Assembly: GCA_046583315.1 (NCBI GenBank) | Contig: JAYGCN010000114.1 | Span: 1-37,101 of the forward strand | Reading direction: 5' to 3' | From: Candidatus Hydrogenedentota bacterium | GTDB lineage: Bacteria; Hydrogenedentota; Hydrogenedentia; Hydrogenedentales; GCA-2746185 | Length of the DNA: 37,101 nucleotides | Part shown: positions 1 through 8,063 of the stretch, piece by piece | How positions within the stretch are numbered: the stretch's first letter is position 1 | How the letters are laid out: each line of letters opens with the position of its first letter | Made by a program: the position numbers and the translations under genes | The notes under the pieces: model-generated | Database searches by the model: none | Told to the model about the DNA's origin: nothing | What the model saw: only the letters and a program-made list of their open reading frames with translations

Positions 1-24
1 GAGATGACCGCCCTTTGAATGTAC

Positions 25-1233
25 TTAGACGCGTTCGATGATGGTGGCGATGCCCATGCCGCCGCCGACGCACAGGGTGATGAGTCCAGTCTGTTTGTCC
101 TGACGTTCCAATTCATCGATGAGTGAACCGAGCAGCATGGCTCCAGTAGCACCGAGGGGGTGTCCGAGCGCGATCGCCCCGCCATTCACGTTTATTTTCT
201 CATTGTCGCTGAGTCCCATGTCCTTCATGAAGCGCATGGGAACCGCAGCGAAGGCTTCATTCACTTCCATCAAGTCGATATCATTGATGGTCATGCCTGC
301 AATTTTCAGTGCCTTTTTTGTCGCGGGGCCGGGTCCAATCAGCATGATGGTGGGTTCCGTGCCGACGAGGGCTGCTGCACGAATGCGCGCGCGTGGTTTG
401 AGGCCGAGTTCCTCGCCTTTTTCTTTGGAGCCAAGCAGAGTAAGCGCTGCGCCGTCCACGATTCCTGATGAATTTGCGGCGGTGTGTACGTGTGTGATGC
501 CTTCGACTTCGGGGTATTTTGCCAAGGCAACGGCATCAAACATCGATTCGCCGATTTGTTGGAACGACGCTCTGAGTCCGCCGAGGGATTCCACGGTTGA
601 ACCTGCGCGCGGGTGTTCATCTTTTTCCAGCACGATATCGCCTTCACGGTTGCGCACGGGAATGATGGACTTGAAGCGGCCTTCTTCCTGGGCTTGCGCG
701 GCGCGCTTCTGGGATTCCACGGCAAACCCGTCAACGTCTTCGCGCGAGAAGCCTTCGATGGTCGCGATGAGGTCAGCGCCGATTCCCTGGGGGACGAATT
801 TCAATTCATTCATGACGTGCGGGTCAGACATCATGGAGCCGCCGTCTGAGCCCATGGGGATTTGCGACATGCATTCCACGCCGCCCGCGACGACGAGATT
901 TTCCCAGCCGGAGCGAACTTTCATGGCGGCGGTGTTGACGGCTTCGAGACCGGAGGCGCAAAAACGGTTGACTTGTGCGCCGGGTACGTCGATATCCCAT
1001 CCTGCGTATTGCGCGGACATTTTGGCGATGTCGCTGCCTTGATCCTGGACGGGTGTCACGCAGCCGAGGATAACATCGTCGACTTGCGAGGTGTCAAGAT
1101 CGTTTCGGGACTGCAAGGCGTCGTAGAGATTCTTGAGCAGGTCCATGGGTTTTACTTCGTGGAGCGAGCCATCATCCTTGCCGCGGCCGCGCGGTGTGCG
1201 AATGGCGTCGAAAACATACGCTTCATTGGGCAT
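25..1233 (-). CDS. fadA: Acetyl-CoA C-acyltransferase (thiolase)
   Basis: 402 aa. Thiolase motifs NRFCASGL (catalytic Cys), [13 protein letters not shown] and terminal CVGGGMG. Confidence 0.95.
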   Translation of the reverse strand: MPNEAYVFDAIRTPRGRGKDDGSLHEVKPMDLLKNLYDALQSRNDLDTSQVDDVILGCVTPVQDQGSDIAKMSAQYAGWDIDVPGAQVNRFCASGLEAVNTAAMKVRSGWENLVVAGGVECMSQIPMGSDGGSMMSDPHVMNELKFVPQGIGADLIATIEGFSREDVDGFAVESQKRAAQAQEEGRFKSIIPVRNREGDIVLEKDEHPRAGSTVESLGGLRASFQQIGESMFDAVALAKYPEVEGITHVHTAANSSGIVDGAALTLLGSKEKGEELGLKPRARIRAAALVGTEPTIMLIGPGPATKKALKIAGMTINDIDLMEVNEAFAAVPMRFMKDMGLSDNEKINVNGGAIALGHPLGATGAMLLGSLIDELERQDKQTGLITLCVGGGMGIATIIERV

Positions 1234-1282
1234 GATTATTGGAATCCTTTGTTTTTTTGTTGGTTTCTTGAATAATCGAGAT

Positions 1283-1311
1283 AGTATAGCAATTCACTGT
1301 TAACAAGTCAT
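1283..1311 (-). promoter_or_regulatory. Putative sigma70 promoter of the thiolase
   Basis: Minus strand reads ATGACT-17 nt-TATACT with an extended -10 TG (TGCTATACT), about 50 nt upstream of the start codon. Confidence 0.5.
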
Positions 1312-1493
1312 CTATTGGCGCAATGCTGGGTTGAATCGTTGGAAAAGGGGTAATCGATTGACAGAAATGGCTTAAAATCCTTGATATTTCTTGCATATAT
1401 TTTGGAATCCCTGTCTTTTCGTGTCTGATAAGACCCCTGAACGCCCTGTTTTTATTGACGATCGTGAATTCAGAATTTATTTTCAAATTTTAC

Positions 1494-1520
1494 TAAAGGT
1501 ATCGCTAAAGTTGTCGATAA
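1494..1520 (+). promoter_or_regulatory. Sigma28 (FliA/SigD) promoter of flagellin
   Basis: TAAA (1494-1497), 15 nt spacer, GTCGATAA (1513-1520). The consensus is TAAA-N15-GCCGATAA. It lies directly upstream of the flagellin gene. Confidence 0.85.
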
Positions 1521-1527
1521 AAAGAGG

Positions 1528-1708
1528 TGAAGCCCGGAAATGGCTTCATGAATAGGGTGTTCGCAGTTTGCGAACAAATCATGGAAAGGAGGTTGGCAGT
1601 ACGGGAAACTCCGACCCGAAATTCGGATGACAATTTAACGGATTAAAACGAATTTTGTTACCGAGGTGTAGGGATGCCCTCAGGTAGCCACTCAAGGAGG
1701 ATAGACTT
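1528..1708 (+). promoter_or_regulatory. Structured flagellin 5' leader with multiple putative CsrA/RsmA sites
   Basis: Nine GGA trinucleotides in about 180 nt. Several sit in hairpin loops: TGAAGCC-CGGAAAT-GGCTTCA (1528-1548), TTTAA-CGGA-TTAAA (1634-1647) and TACCGAGG-TGTAGGGATGC-CCTCAGGTA (1659-1686). The last GGAs overlap the SD AAGGAGGA. Confidence 0.65.
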
Positions 1709-2527
1709 ATGGGATTAGTAGTAAACACCAACATCGCCGCAGTCAATACGGCTCGCCAGCTTCGTCGATCGACGCTTGGACTGCGCAAATCGCTGGAACG
1801 TTTGTCCAGCGGACTTCGAATCAACCGTGCAGCTGATGCTGCTGCCGGTCTTTCCATTGCCGAGGGTTTTAACTCTCAAGTTCGAGGATTCCGCGTCGCT
1901 CAACGTAACGCGCAGGATGGGATTAATCTTGTGCAGACGGCTGAAGGGGCTTTGAGCGAAATTAGTTCTATCATGCAGCGTATACGTGAGCTGGCTGTTC
2001 AGGCAGCGAGTGGTACGCTGAGTGTCCAGAACCGGACTGACCTACAACTGGAAGCAACTGAGCTGTCCGACTCCATAACGGAAATCTTGGGTCGCACGCG
2101 ATTCAATGATATTGATCCATTTGCGGCTGTGACGATTACTATTCAGTCTGGTGCGGATAAAGATCAGAACACAACATTGGCTGGAACAGGCACTCTGTTG
2201 TCGGTTGCTCAGTTGATTGTCGGTGGAGTCGATATTTCGACTCAAACTGGCGCGAATACCGCCATCGAGACTATAGACGATGGTCTGATCGTACTCAACA
2301 CGCGTCGTTCGCAATTCGGTGCTGCGCAGAACCGTCTTGAATTCACGATTAACGTTCTGGCCATTCGCGAAGAAAACGCCTTGGCTTCGGAAAGTTCGAT
2401 TCGTGATGCCAATATTGCGACGGAGACGATCAATTTCACGCGCAATCAGATTCTCGTGACGGCTGCTACGTCTATTTTAGCCCAGGCGAATCTTGTTCCG
2501 CAGACTGCATTGCAGTTGTTGGGATAA
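1709..2527 (+). CDS. fliC: Flagellin (short, essentially D0/D1 only)
   Basis: 272 aa. N-terminal VNTNIAA...LERLSSGLRINRAADAAAGLSI, QRIRELAVQ, and C-terminal GAAQNRLE...SSIRDA...AQAN..PQTALQLLG. Strong SD. Confidence 0.97.
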   Translation: MGLVVNTNIAAVNTARQLRRSTLGLRKSLERLSSGLRINRAADAAAGLSIAEGFNSQVRGFRVAQRNAQDGINLVQTAEGALSEISSIMQRIRELAVQAASGTLSVQNRTDLQLEATELSDSITEILGRTRFNDIDPFAAVTITIQSGADKDQNTTLAGTGTLLSVAQLIVGGVDISTQTGANTAIETIDDGLIVLNTRRSQFGAAQNRLEFTINVLAIREENALASESSIRDANIATETINFTRNQILVTAATSILAQANLVPQTALQLLG

Positions 2528-2583
2528 TGGTAGAGTGATTCTGTACGGATTTATTTTCGTATTGTTTCAAAGGGAGGCATATA

Positions 2584-2940
2584 ATGGATTTGAACGCATT
2601 AAACCAAAACGGTGCTGGTTCTGCCGTGGTTGCGTCACCCGTTGTGCCTGTCCCGGAATCGCCCAAACCTCAGTCGGCGAAAGAACGTCCCAAGTGGGAC
2701 GTCGTCGAGTTGACGAGTGCGAATCGGGTCAAGGCCGCTGAAAACCCTCTTATTATTAGAAATAGTCAAAACGTTCGGAGTGGTTCACGCGTATATCACG
2801 ATGAGGCAACGAATCAGTTTGTTATCCAAATCGTGAATGACCAAAACGAGGTGATTCGGCAGCTCCCGGAAGAGCAGGCCCTTAGAATTGCCGCGAAATT
2901 CAGGGAAGTGACGGGTCTTATTTTTGACCAGAGTATCTGA
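2584..2940 (+). CDS. flaG: Flagellar protein FlaG
   Basis: 118 aa directly after flagellin. C-terminal VIQIVNDQNEVIRQLPEEQALRIA...GLIFDQ is the FlaG pattern. SD GGGAGG. Confidence 0.88.
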   Translation: MDLNALNQNGAGSAVVASPVVPVPESPKPQSAKERPKWDVVELTSANRVKAAENPLIIRNSQNVRSGSRVYHDEATNQFVIQIVNDQNEVIRQLPEEQALRIAAKFREVTGLIFDQSI

Positions 2941-2970
2941 CTTGTAAATTTCGTTTTTCCATCCAATCGA

Positions 2971-3002
2971 TCCCCGGGCCATCTGGCCCGGGGAGTTTTT
3001 TT
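2971..3002 (+). terminator. Rho-independent terminator of fliC-flaG
   Basis: TCCCCGGGCC-ATCT-GGCCCGGGGA perfect 10-bp stem followed by G and T7. Confidence 0.9.
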
Positions 3003-3059
3003 GTCCCGCGAGCTTGTGGGTTTGATACAGTAGGCTTTGACGAAGTGAGGAAAGCTTTC

Positions 3060-3740
3060 ATGAGTGATCAATCAGGCGCGGTCGTGTTGTTGAGTGGGGG
3101 AATGGACTCCACGGTGCTCGCGCATCATGTGGTTCGGGAGCTGGGACACAACCCGGTGCATGTGCTCGCGTTTGATTATGGGCAGCGGCATGCGCAGGAA
3201 CTTGATTGTGCTCGTGAACAGGCTGGAATTCTGAACGTGGATTCATTTCGAATCGTCGATCTTGGATTTGTGGGCGAGATGGTCGCGGCGGGAACGACTC
3301 TGGTTCATGGGGGTGACGAGGTGCCGGATCTGGCATCGCTGGATGATTCTCAATTGTCGCAGCCGCCAACTTACGTGCCGAATCGCAACATGCTGCTGTT
3401 GTCGCTGGCGGCAGCCTATGCCGAGGCGCAGGGGATCGCGGATGTATTTTATGGCGCACAGGCTCAGGATGAATATGGGTATTGGGATTGTGCGACGGAT
3501 TTTCTGGAGCGGATGAATGCGGTACTCGCCTTGAATCGCAAGGATGCCGTTCGAATATATGCGCCTTTTGTGACGCTATCGAAAACGGAGCTGGTGGGGC
3601 GTGGCGAGGCGCTGGGGGTCGATTTCGCGAAGACGTGGAGCTGTTATCGCGGTGGCGAGAAACCGTGCGAGACGTGTCCTACATGTGTGGAACGTGCCAA
3701 AGCGTTTGCGGAGTCCGGGATACCCGATCCGCTCGTTTAG
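3060..3740 (+). CDS. queC: 7-cyano-7-deazaguanine (preQ0) synthase
   Basis: PP-loop SGGMDS, FDYGQRH, TYVPNRN and Zn-binding TWSCY...PCETCPTC. Start placed at ATG 3060 after GAGG. Confidence 0.93.
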   Translation: MSDQSGAVVLLSGGMDSTVLAHHVVRELGHNPVHVLAFDYGQRHAQELDCAREQAGILNVDSFRIVDLGFVGEMVAAGTTLVHGGDEVPDLASLDDSQLSQPPTYVPNRNMLLLSLAAAYAEAQGIADVFYGAQAQDEYGYWDCATDFLERMNAVLALNRKDAVRIYAPFVTLSKTELVGRGEALGVDFAKTWSCYRGGEKPCETCPTCVERAKAFAESGIPDPLV

Positions 3741-5839
3741 AAGTCGCGCGGTATCACGAACAGCTCGACCGTGTTGTTCCCGGGACTGAGTAGTTCATCA
3801 CTTAACAGGAGGGCGAATTGAGTTTCGCCTTCGAGGACGTAAAGGCGTGCTGTTCCTGCTACGAGGCCGTTGACGGAAGCGACGATGGCGAGGTCGTCGG
3901 GATTGTCGTCTGAATCAAGCGTGATGCTTCCCGTGAACAATGCGGAAACGAATGGGGACTCGGGGTCAAAAGTGTAGGGGTCTTGAAGATTCGGGCAGTT
4001 GATGGTTGCGGGTATCGCGACATGTTTCGCGTTGGTGTCAGGTGTGCCTATGGAGACTTGCGCGTTGGCGGCGTTGTAAAGATTGAAATGCTTGGAGTCC
4101 ATGCCAATTGCGGACGAATAATTTTGGAGTGCCGATTGGTGATCTTTCATGTAGTCGGATTTGGAGAGGGAGAATACTGTACCCAGCCGATTTGTTAGGG
4201 TCTTTTCGAGTGGTTCGGGCGAGGAGGCATTTATCAAGGAACGTCCATCGCGGGTTGGGATGTCGCCGTCCATCAGAATGTCGAGAATAGTCGGGGCGAT
4301 ATCGATGACTTGTACGTTCGAGCGGTCGATTACGCCCTCGGTCTGACCTGGAATCTTGATGAACAGGGGAACGAAGGCAATGGGGGCGAAGTTTTCTCGG
4401 AAGAGAATTCGGCGCTCGCCTTCGGCCAAGTAATTGACACCGTGATCGGCGACGATGACAAGGATGGACTGCTTGTAGAGATCGGCGTCTTTTAGTTGTT
4501 CAATCAACTGGCCCAGAACGCGATCGGCAAAACCGGCCTGGACCAAGTGGGCGCGTTGATGGATGGGCCCGATTCGTTTCAGGGTGAGGCCTTCATTGAT
4601 ACGGGGCCAGGATTGGGTGTTGTATCGCCGCCCCGAGGGGAAGTATTCCCATGGGGAATGGGGGAGCAGGGTATGGAGAAGGTGGAAGGTTTCTTTCGGA
4701 TAATCAGGGATTTCGTTGAGATATGAGTCGAATTCAGCCCATCGATCAACGGCGTGCCGATTGAAGAGGCGTTCCATGTGCCAGGTGCGCATGCGTTCGA
4801 GTTCGCCAAAGACCAGAGCTGGGGAGTCGTAGACGCGATCCGGTTTCCACAGACCACCCCACACGTTTTTTTCGATGGGAACCCAGCGATTGGCCAGGGT
4901 ATTGGGCAGTATCGCGTGAAGATAGAGCACGACCAGATCGGTGGCGAAGAGTTCGAGTACGGCACGATTCTGGTGCCAGTTTTTTTCCTGATTGGTTTCC
5001 GGGGCCAGACTTGTTACCTGTTCGAGCGTGTGCAGTGTGTAGGCATGTTCCAGTTCTGAAAATAGCGAGTCCGGGTAGTTGCGGCGTAGGGGCAGGACGG
5101 GTCCTGGTTCGGGATAATTTCCGCTGAGTATCGCGGGCACGGCTTGCAGGGTGTAATCGTGGACGGTGGTGGCGTAGGGATACCAGGTCGACTCGTTTGC
5201 CAGGGATGCGAAACTTGGATAGCGTTCTGGGTCGATTTTTCCCTTGGCATCGAGCAGGCTCAGCGCGGGGAATTCATCGAATACGAGCATGACGATGGGT
5301 GGTCGTTGGGTGATGTCGAGTTGCGATTGGGGAGGCCTGGCATCGCTTGGACGTACTATCTGGGAGAGTCCCGGGCTCACCAGAAACAGGAGTGGAAAGA
5401 GACACGCGACGGGTGAGGCCGCAGCGATTCCGATTGAGACGAAGGAGTTTTTGAGCAACAGTCTGGTGAGGGCGATGCCGATGCTGATGGCGAGTATGAT
5501 GCCGATGGGCCAGGGTGCGGCGGTGAGTCGACTGGTGAGCGGCATGAATGAAATGGTGAACAGGCCTGCCATCAGGAGCAGGTAGAGCGCTTGGCGGAGG
5601 CGTTCGTGGATTCGCGAGGCGATTAGCAGGAGGATGCACAGGATTGCAGGGATTCCGATGCTAAGCCCGACGATAAGGGTGTAAATTGTGCCGGGCCAGA
5701 TATCGTTGGCAATAAAATAGGCGGGATTTGCCTGGAGGGTGGTGTAAAGCGGGGAAACGGCGAGCGCACTCAGGGTAATCAGGTGGAGACACTGGAGTGG
5801 AAGGGTTTCTTTGGGAGGAGTATTCTGCGGCTGATTCAT
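3737..5839 (-). CDS. Membrane-anchored sulfatase-like/alkaline-phosphatase-superfamily transferase (LtaS/MdoB-like)
   Basis: About five N-terminal hydrophobic helices followed by VMLVFDEF, DYTLQAVPAILSG (probable Thr nucleophile), LPHSPW and VADHG. No CxPxR formylglycine motif. Start uncertain (5839 or 5875). Confidence 0.75.
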   Translation of the reverse strand: MNQPQNTPPKETLPLQCLHLITLSALAVSPLYTTLQANPAYFIANDIWPGTIYTLIVGLSIGIPAILCILLLIASRIHERLRQALYLLLMAGLFTISFMPLTSRLTAAPWPIGIILAISIGIALTRLLLKNSFVSIGIAAASPVACLFPLLFLVSPGLSQIVRPSDARPPQSQLDITQRPPIVMLVFDEFPALSLLDAKGKIDPERYPSFASLANESTWYPYATTVHDYTLQAVPAILSGNYPEPGPVLPLRRNYPDSLFSELEHAYTLHTLEQVTSLAPETNQEKNWHQNRAVLELFATDLVVLYLHAILPNTLANRWVPIEKNVWGGLWKPDRVYDSPALVFGELERMRTWHMERLFNRHAVDRWAEFDSYLNEIPDYPKETFHLLHTLLPHSPWEYFPSGRRYNTQSWPRINEGLTLKRIGPIHQRAHLVQAGFADRVLGQLIEQLKDADLYKQSILVIVADHGVNYLAEGERRILFRENFAPIAFVPLFIKIPGQTEGVIDRSNVQVIDIAPTILDILMDGDIPTRDGRSLINASSPEPLEKTLTNRLGTVFSLSKSDYMKDHQSALQNYSSAIGMDSKHFNLYNAANAQVSIGTPDTNAKHVAIPATINCPNLQDPYTFDPESPFVSALFTGSITLDSDDNPDDLAIVASVNGLVAGTARLYVLEGETQFALLLSDELLSPGNNTVELFVIPRDF

Positions 5840-6058
5840 GTAGTTCGAGTCTCGACGGGATCGATATAGGCCCACTGTAGCACTGGATTTGCGTGGGATT
5901 CAATTTACCCGAATGGCGGCTTTGTTGAACCTTTTCCCATGTGTATGATAGGATTTTACCGTTTTCTCAGGCTGATTCTGCGGGATTCCATAACGGATTT
6001 CGGGAGTTGTCCCTATACATATCAAGTTCACCCAAAGGGTGTCCGGAGGTAATTCGAA

Positions 6059-7975
6059 TTGTTTACAGCTATGCAAAAACACCGCCGTATTGTGATGGTG
6101 TTCATAATATTATTTGTGGGGCTTCCTCTTGCCTTCATGGTTCCGGGCGTGGGCAGTTCGGACCGGGATGTCAGTTTGGTTCAGGGTACACTTCCCGTCA
6201 TTACGGTTGGTGACACGGTGGTGACGGCTGGCGAGTTCATGCAGTTGTATACTCAATATACCGATCAGCAGTCGCGTAGCGGTTTTCCCACGGATCCTGT
6301 TGTCCTTTGGAACGACGGTTCGGTTCAACGGATTGTGGAGCAATTGATTCAGCGCGCGATGATTGCACACGGGGCGAGTGGAAATCCTGTGCATCCTGAA
6401 AAGGAGTACTTGAGCAAGCAGCTTCAGGGTTATGCGATGTTCAAGGACGCGACGGGTCAATTCAATCCGGCGCTTTACAATCAGTGGGTAGAAGGCAATA
6501 CGCGTGGCGGTATTAGCTGGGACAACGTGTTTAGTCAGGTCGCCGAAGACACGAATCGCGCGGCGTACCTGGAATTGATACAGGCTTCTTCTTTCGTGGC
6601 GGAAGGGGAGATTCGCGATCAGTATGTGCGTTCGCAACAGAAGCTTAAAGTGAAGTATGTGGCCATCGCACCGAACACGGATCGGAGCGAAGAGCAGCTT
6701 CAGGCGTTTTATGATGAAGAACCGGAAAGATTCAATACGCTCGAGGCGCGCAGGATTGAATTTGTGTCGTTCCCGATTGTGGCTCCGGAGCCTGCGGATG
6801 CGCAAACCGCCCTGGAGCGCGCGCGTGCCGGAGAAGATTTTGTGCGGCTGGTCGAAGAGTATTCGATGGGTTCGGATAATCATCTGGGCGGCGATATGGA
6901 CTGGATTGCGGTGACCGATACGCCGACGCCTCAGCAGGAAGTTATTTTCGCATTGTCCGAGGGTGAGGTGAGCGACGTTTTTGAATTTGGCACTCAATAC
7001 CACATCTACAAGGTTGAGGAAACACGAATCAACGAAGAAGATGACTCGATGGAAGTGCATGCGCGTCGTATCGTGTTTATTCCTACGATCGAAGCTGAAG
7101 AAATTGCGGCGAAAAGGGAAGAAGCCGATGCGTTTCTTGTGAGTGTGGGTGATGCGGACGGCGATTTGGCTGTTGCAGCGTCTGCGGCCGGCTTGCTTGT
7201 ATCCACTTCGGGCGCGTTTGATGTCGCCACTTTCGACATTGAAGGATTTCACAATAACGATGTCTTTTCGATACGGCAGGCGATGTCGCCTCTTGTGCTG
7301 GGCGAAGTTTCGGCTAACGTGATTCGGGGGCGTCGCAATCTTTTTGTGGCGAAGGTCGTTGAGATTATTGAGCCGAAATTGCAGACCTTGGAGGAAGCCC
7401 GCGAAGATGTTGAGGCGGCAGCCATCATCGCGTACAAGCTTACGGAAGACTATCGTGACGAGGTGAATGGCTATGTTTCGCGAATCAGTGCCGAAGCGGA
7501 GACCTTGGACGATATTGCGACGGTGGTTCCTGAGTTGGAGACGGAAATCAAGGAGACACGCGAATTTGGTGTGGGTGATTTCCTCTTTAGTGATGGTATT
7601 TTCTGGAATTCACAGGAAGCCTTCGCGTTGATGATTGGTAAAGAGCCTGGATCGATTGCGGGGCCGTTGGTGGATTTTCAGCAGGTCTCTCATTTTCTGG
7701 AGTTGGTTGAGCGTAATGAGCCTGAAGAGTCTGTCATGGAGGAGCAGTGGCAGGAAGCCAAGGTGATTCAGCTAGCCAATGCCCGCCTTAACGCGGATAC
7801 CGAACGGCAGCTGGATTATCTTCAGTATCTTTCAGAACAGGCTCAGCATGTACAGGGGCTGGTGTACAGAGATGATAATGCCATCAAGACTTTGCTGGGA
7901 TTGGATCAGCCGCAGGATTTACCGACAGAGGTCATCACGGAAGAGTTGGCTACTGACGAAGTGGTCGTGAATTGA
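6059..7975 (+). CDS. ppiD: PpiD/SurA-like periplasmic chaperone with parvulin PPIase domain
   Basis: N-terminal membrane anchor, SurA_N-like region (MFKDATGQFNPALYNQW) and parvulin motif GEDFVRLVEEYS...GGDMDW...GEVSDV...YHIYKV. TTG start 8 nt after GGAGGT. The C-terminus probably continues to 8054 in the +1 frame. Confidence 0.8.
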   Translation: MFTAMQKHRRIVMVFIILFVGLPLAFMVPGVGSSDRDVSLVQGTLPVITVGDTVVTAGEFMQLYTQYTDQQSRSGFPTDPVVLWNDGSVQRIVEQLIQRAMIAHGASGNPVHPEKEYLSKQLQGYAMFKDATGQFNPALYNQWVEGNTRGGISWDNVFSQVAEDTNRAAYLELIQASSFVAEGEIRDQYVRSQQKLKVKYVAIAPNTDRSEEQLQAFYDEEPERFNTLEARRIEFVSFPIVAPEPADAQTALERARAGEDFVRLVEEYSMGSDNHLGGDMDWIAVTDTPTPQQEVIFALSEGEVSDVFEFGTQYHIYKVEETRINEEDDSMEVHARRIVFIPTIEAEEIAAKREEADAFLVSVGDADGDLAVAASAAGLLVSTSGAFDVATFDIEGFHNNDVFSIRQAMSPLVLGEVSANVIRGRRNLFVAKVVEIIEPKLQTLEEAREDVEAAAIIAYKLTEDYRDEVNGYVSRISAEAETLDDIATVVPELETEIKETREFGVGDFLFSDGIFWNSQEAFALMIGKEPGSIAGPLVDFQQVSHFLELVERNEPEESVMEEQWQEAKVIQLANARLNADTERQLDYLQYLSEQAQHVQGLVYRDDNAIKTLLGLDQPQDLPTEVITEELATDEVVVN

Positions 7976-8063
7976 AGAAGAGGCCATTGACGACGATGCG
8001 GCTGTGACGGAATCGGCTGTCGAAGAAACGGCAGTCGAGGAAACGACTGAGTAGTCGGAATCG

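Noticed and set aside
119..1042. 307-aa plus-strand ORF
   Set aside because: Antisense shadow of the thiolase with no recognisable motifs.
1581..1646. 21-codon upstream ORF and internal AGGAGG in the flagellin leader
   Set aside because: No SD before its ATG and no start codon at a suitable distance after the AGGAGG. The GGAs are better explained as CsrA-type sites.
6110..7252. 380-aa minus-strand ORF
   Set aside because: Antisense to the PpiD-like gene with an implausible composition.
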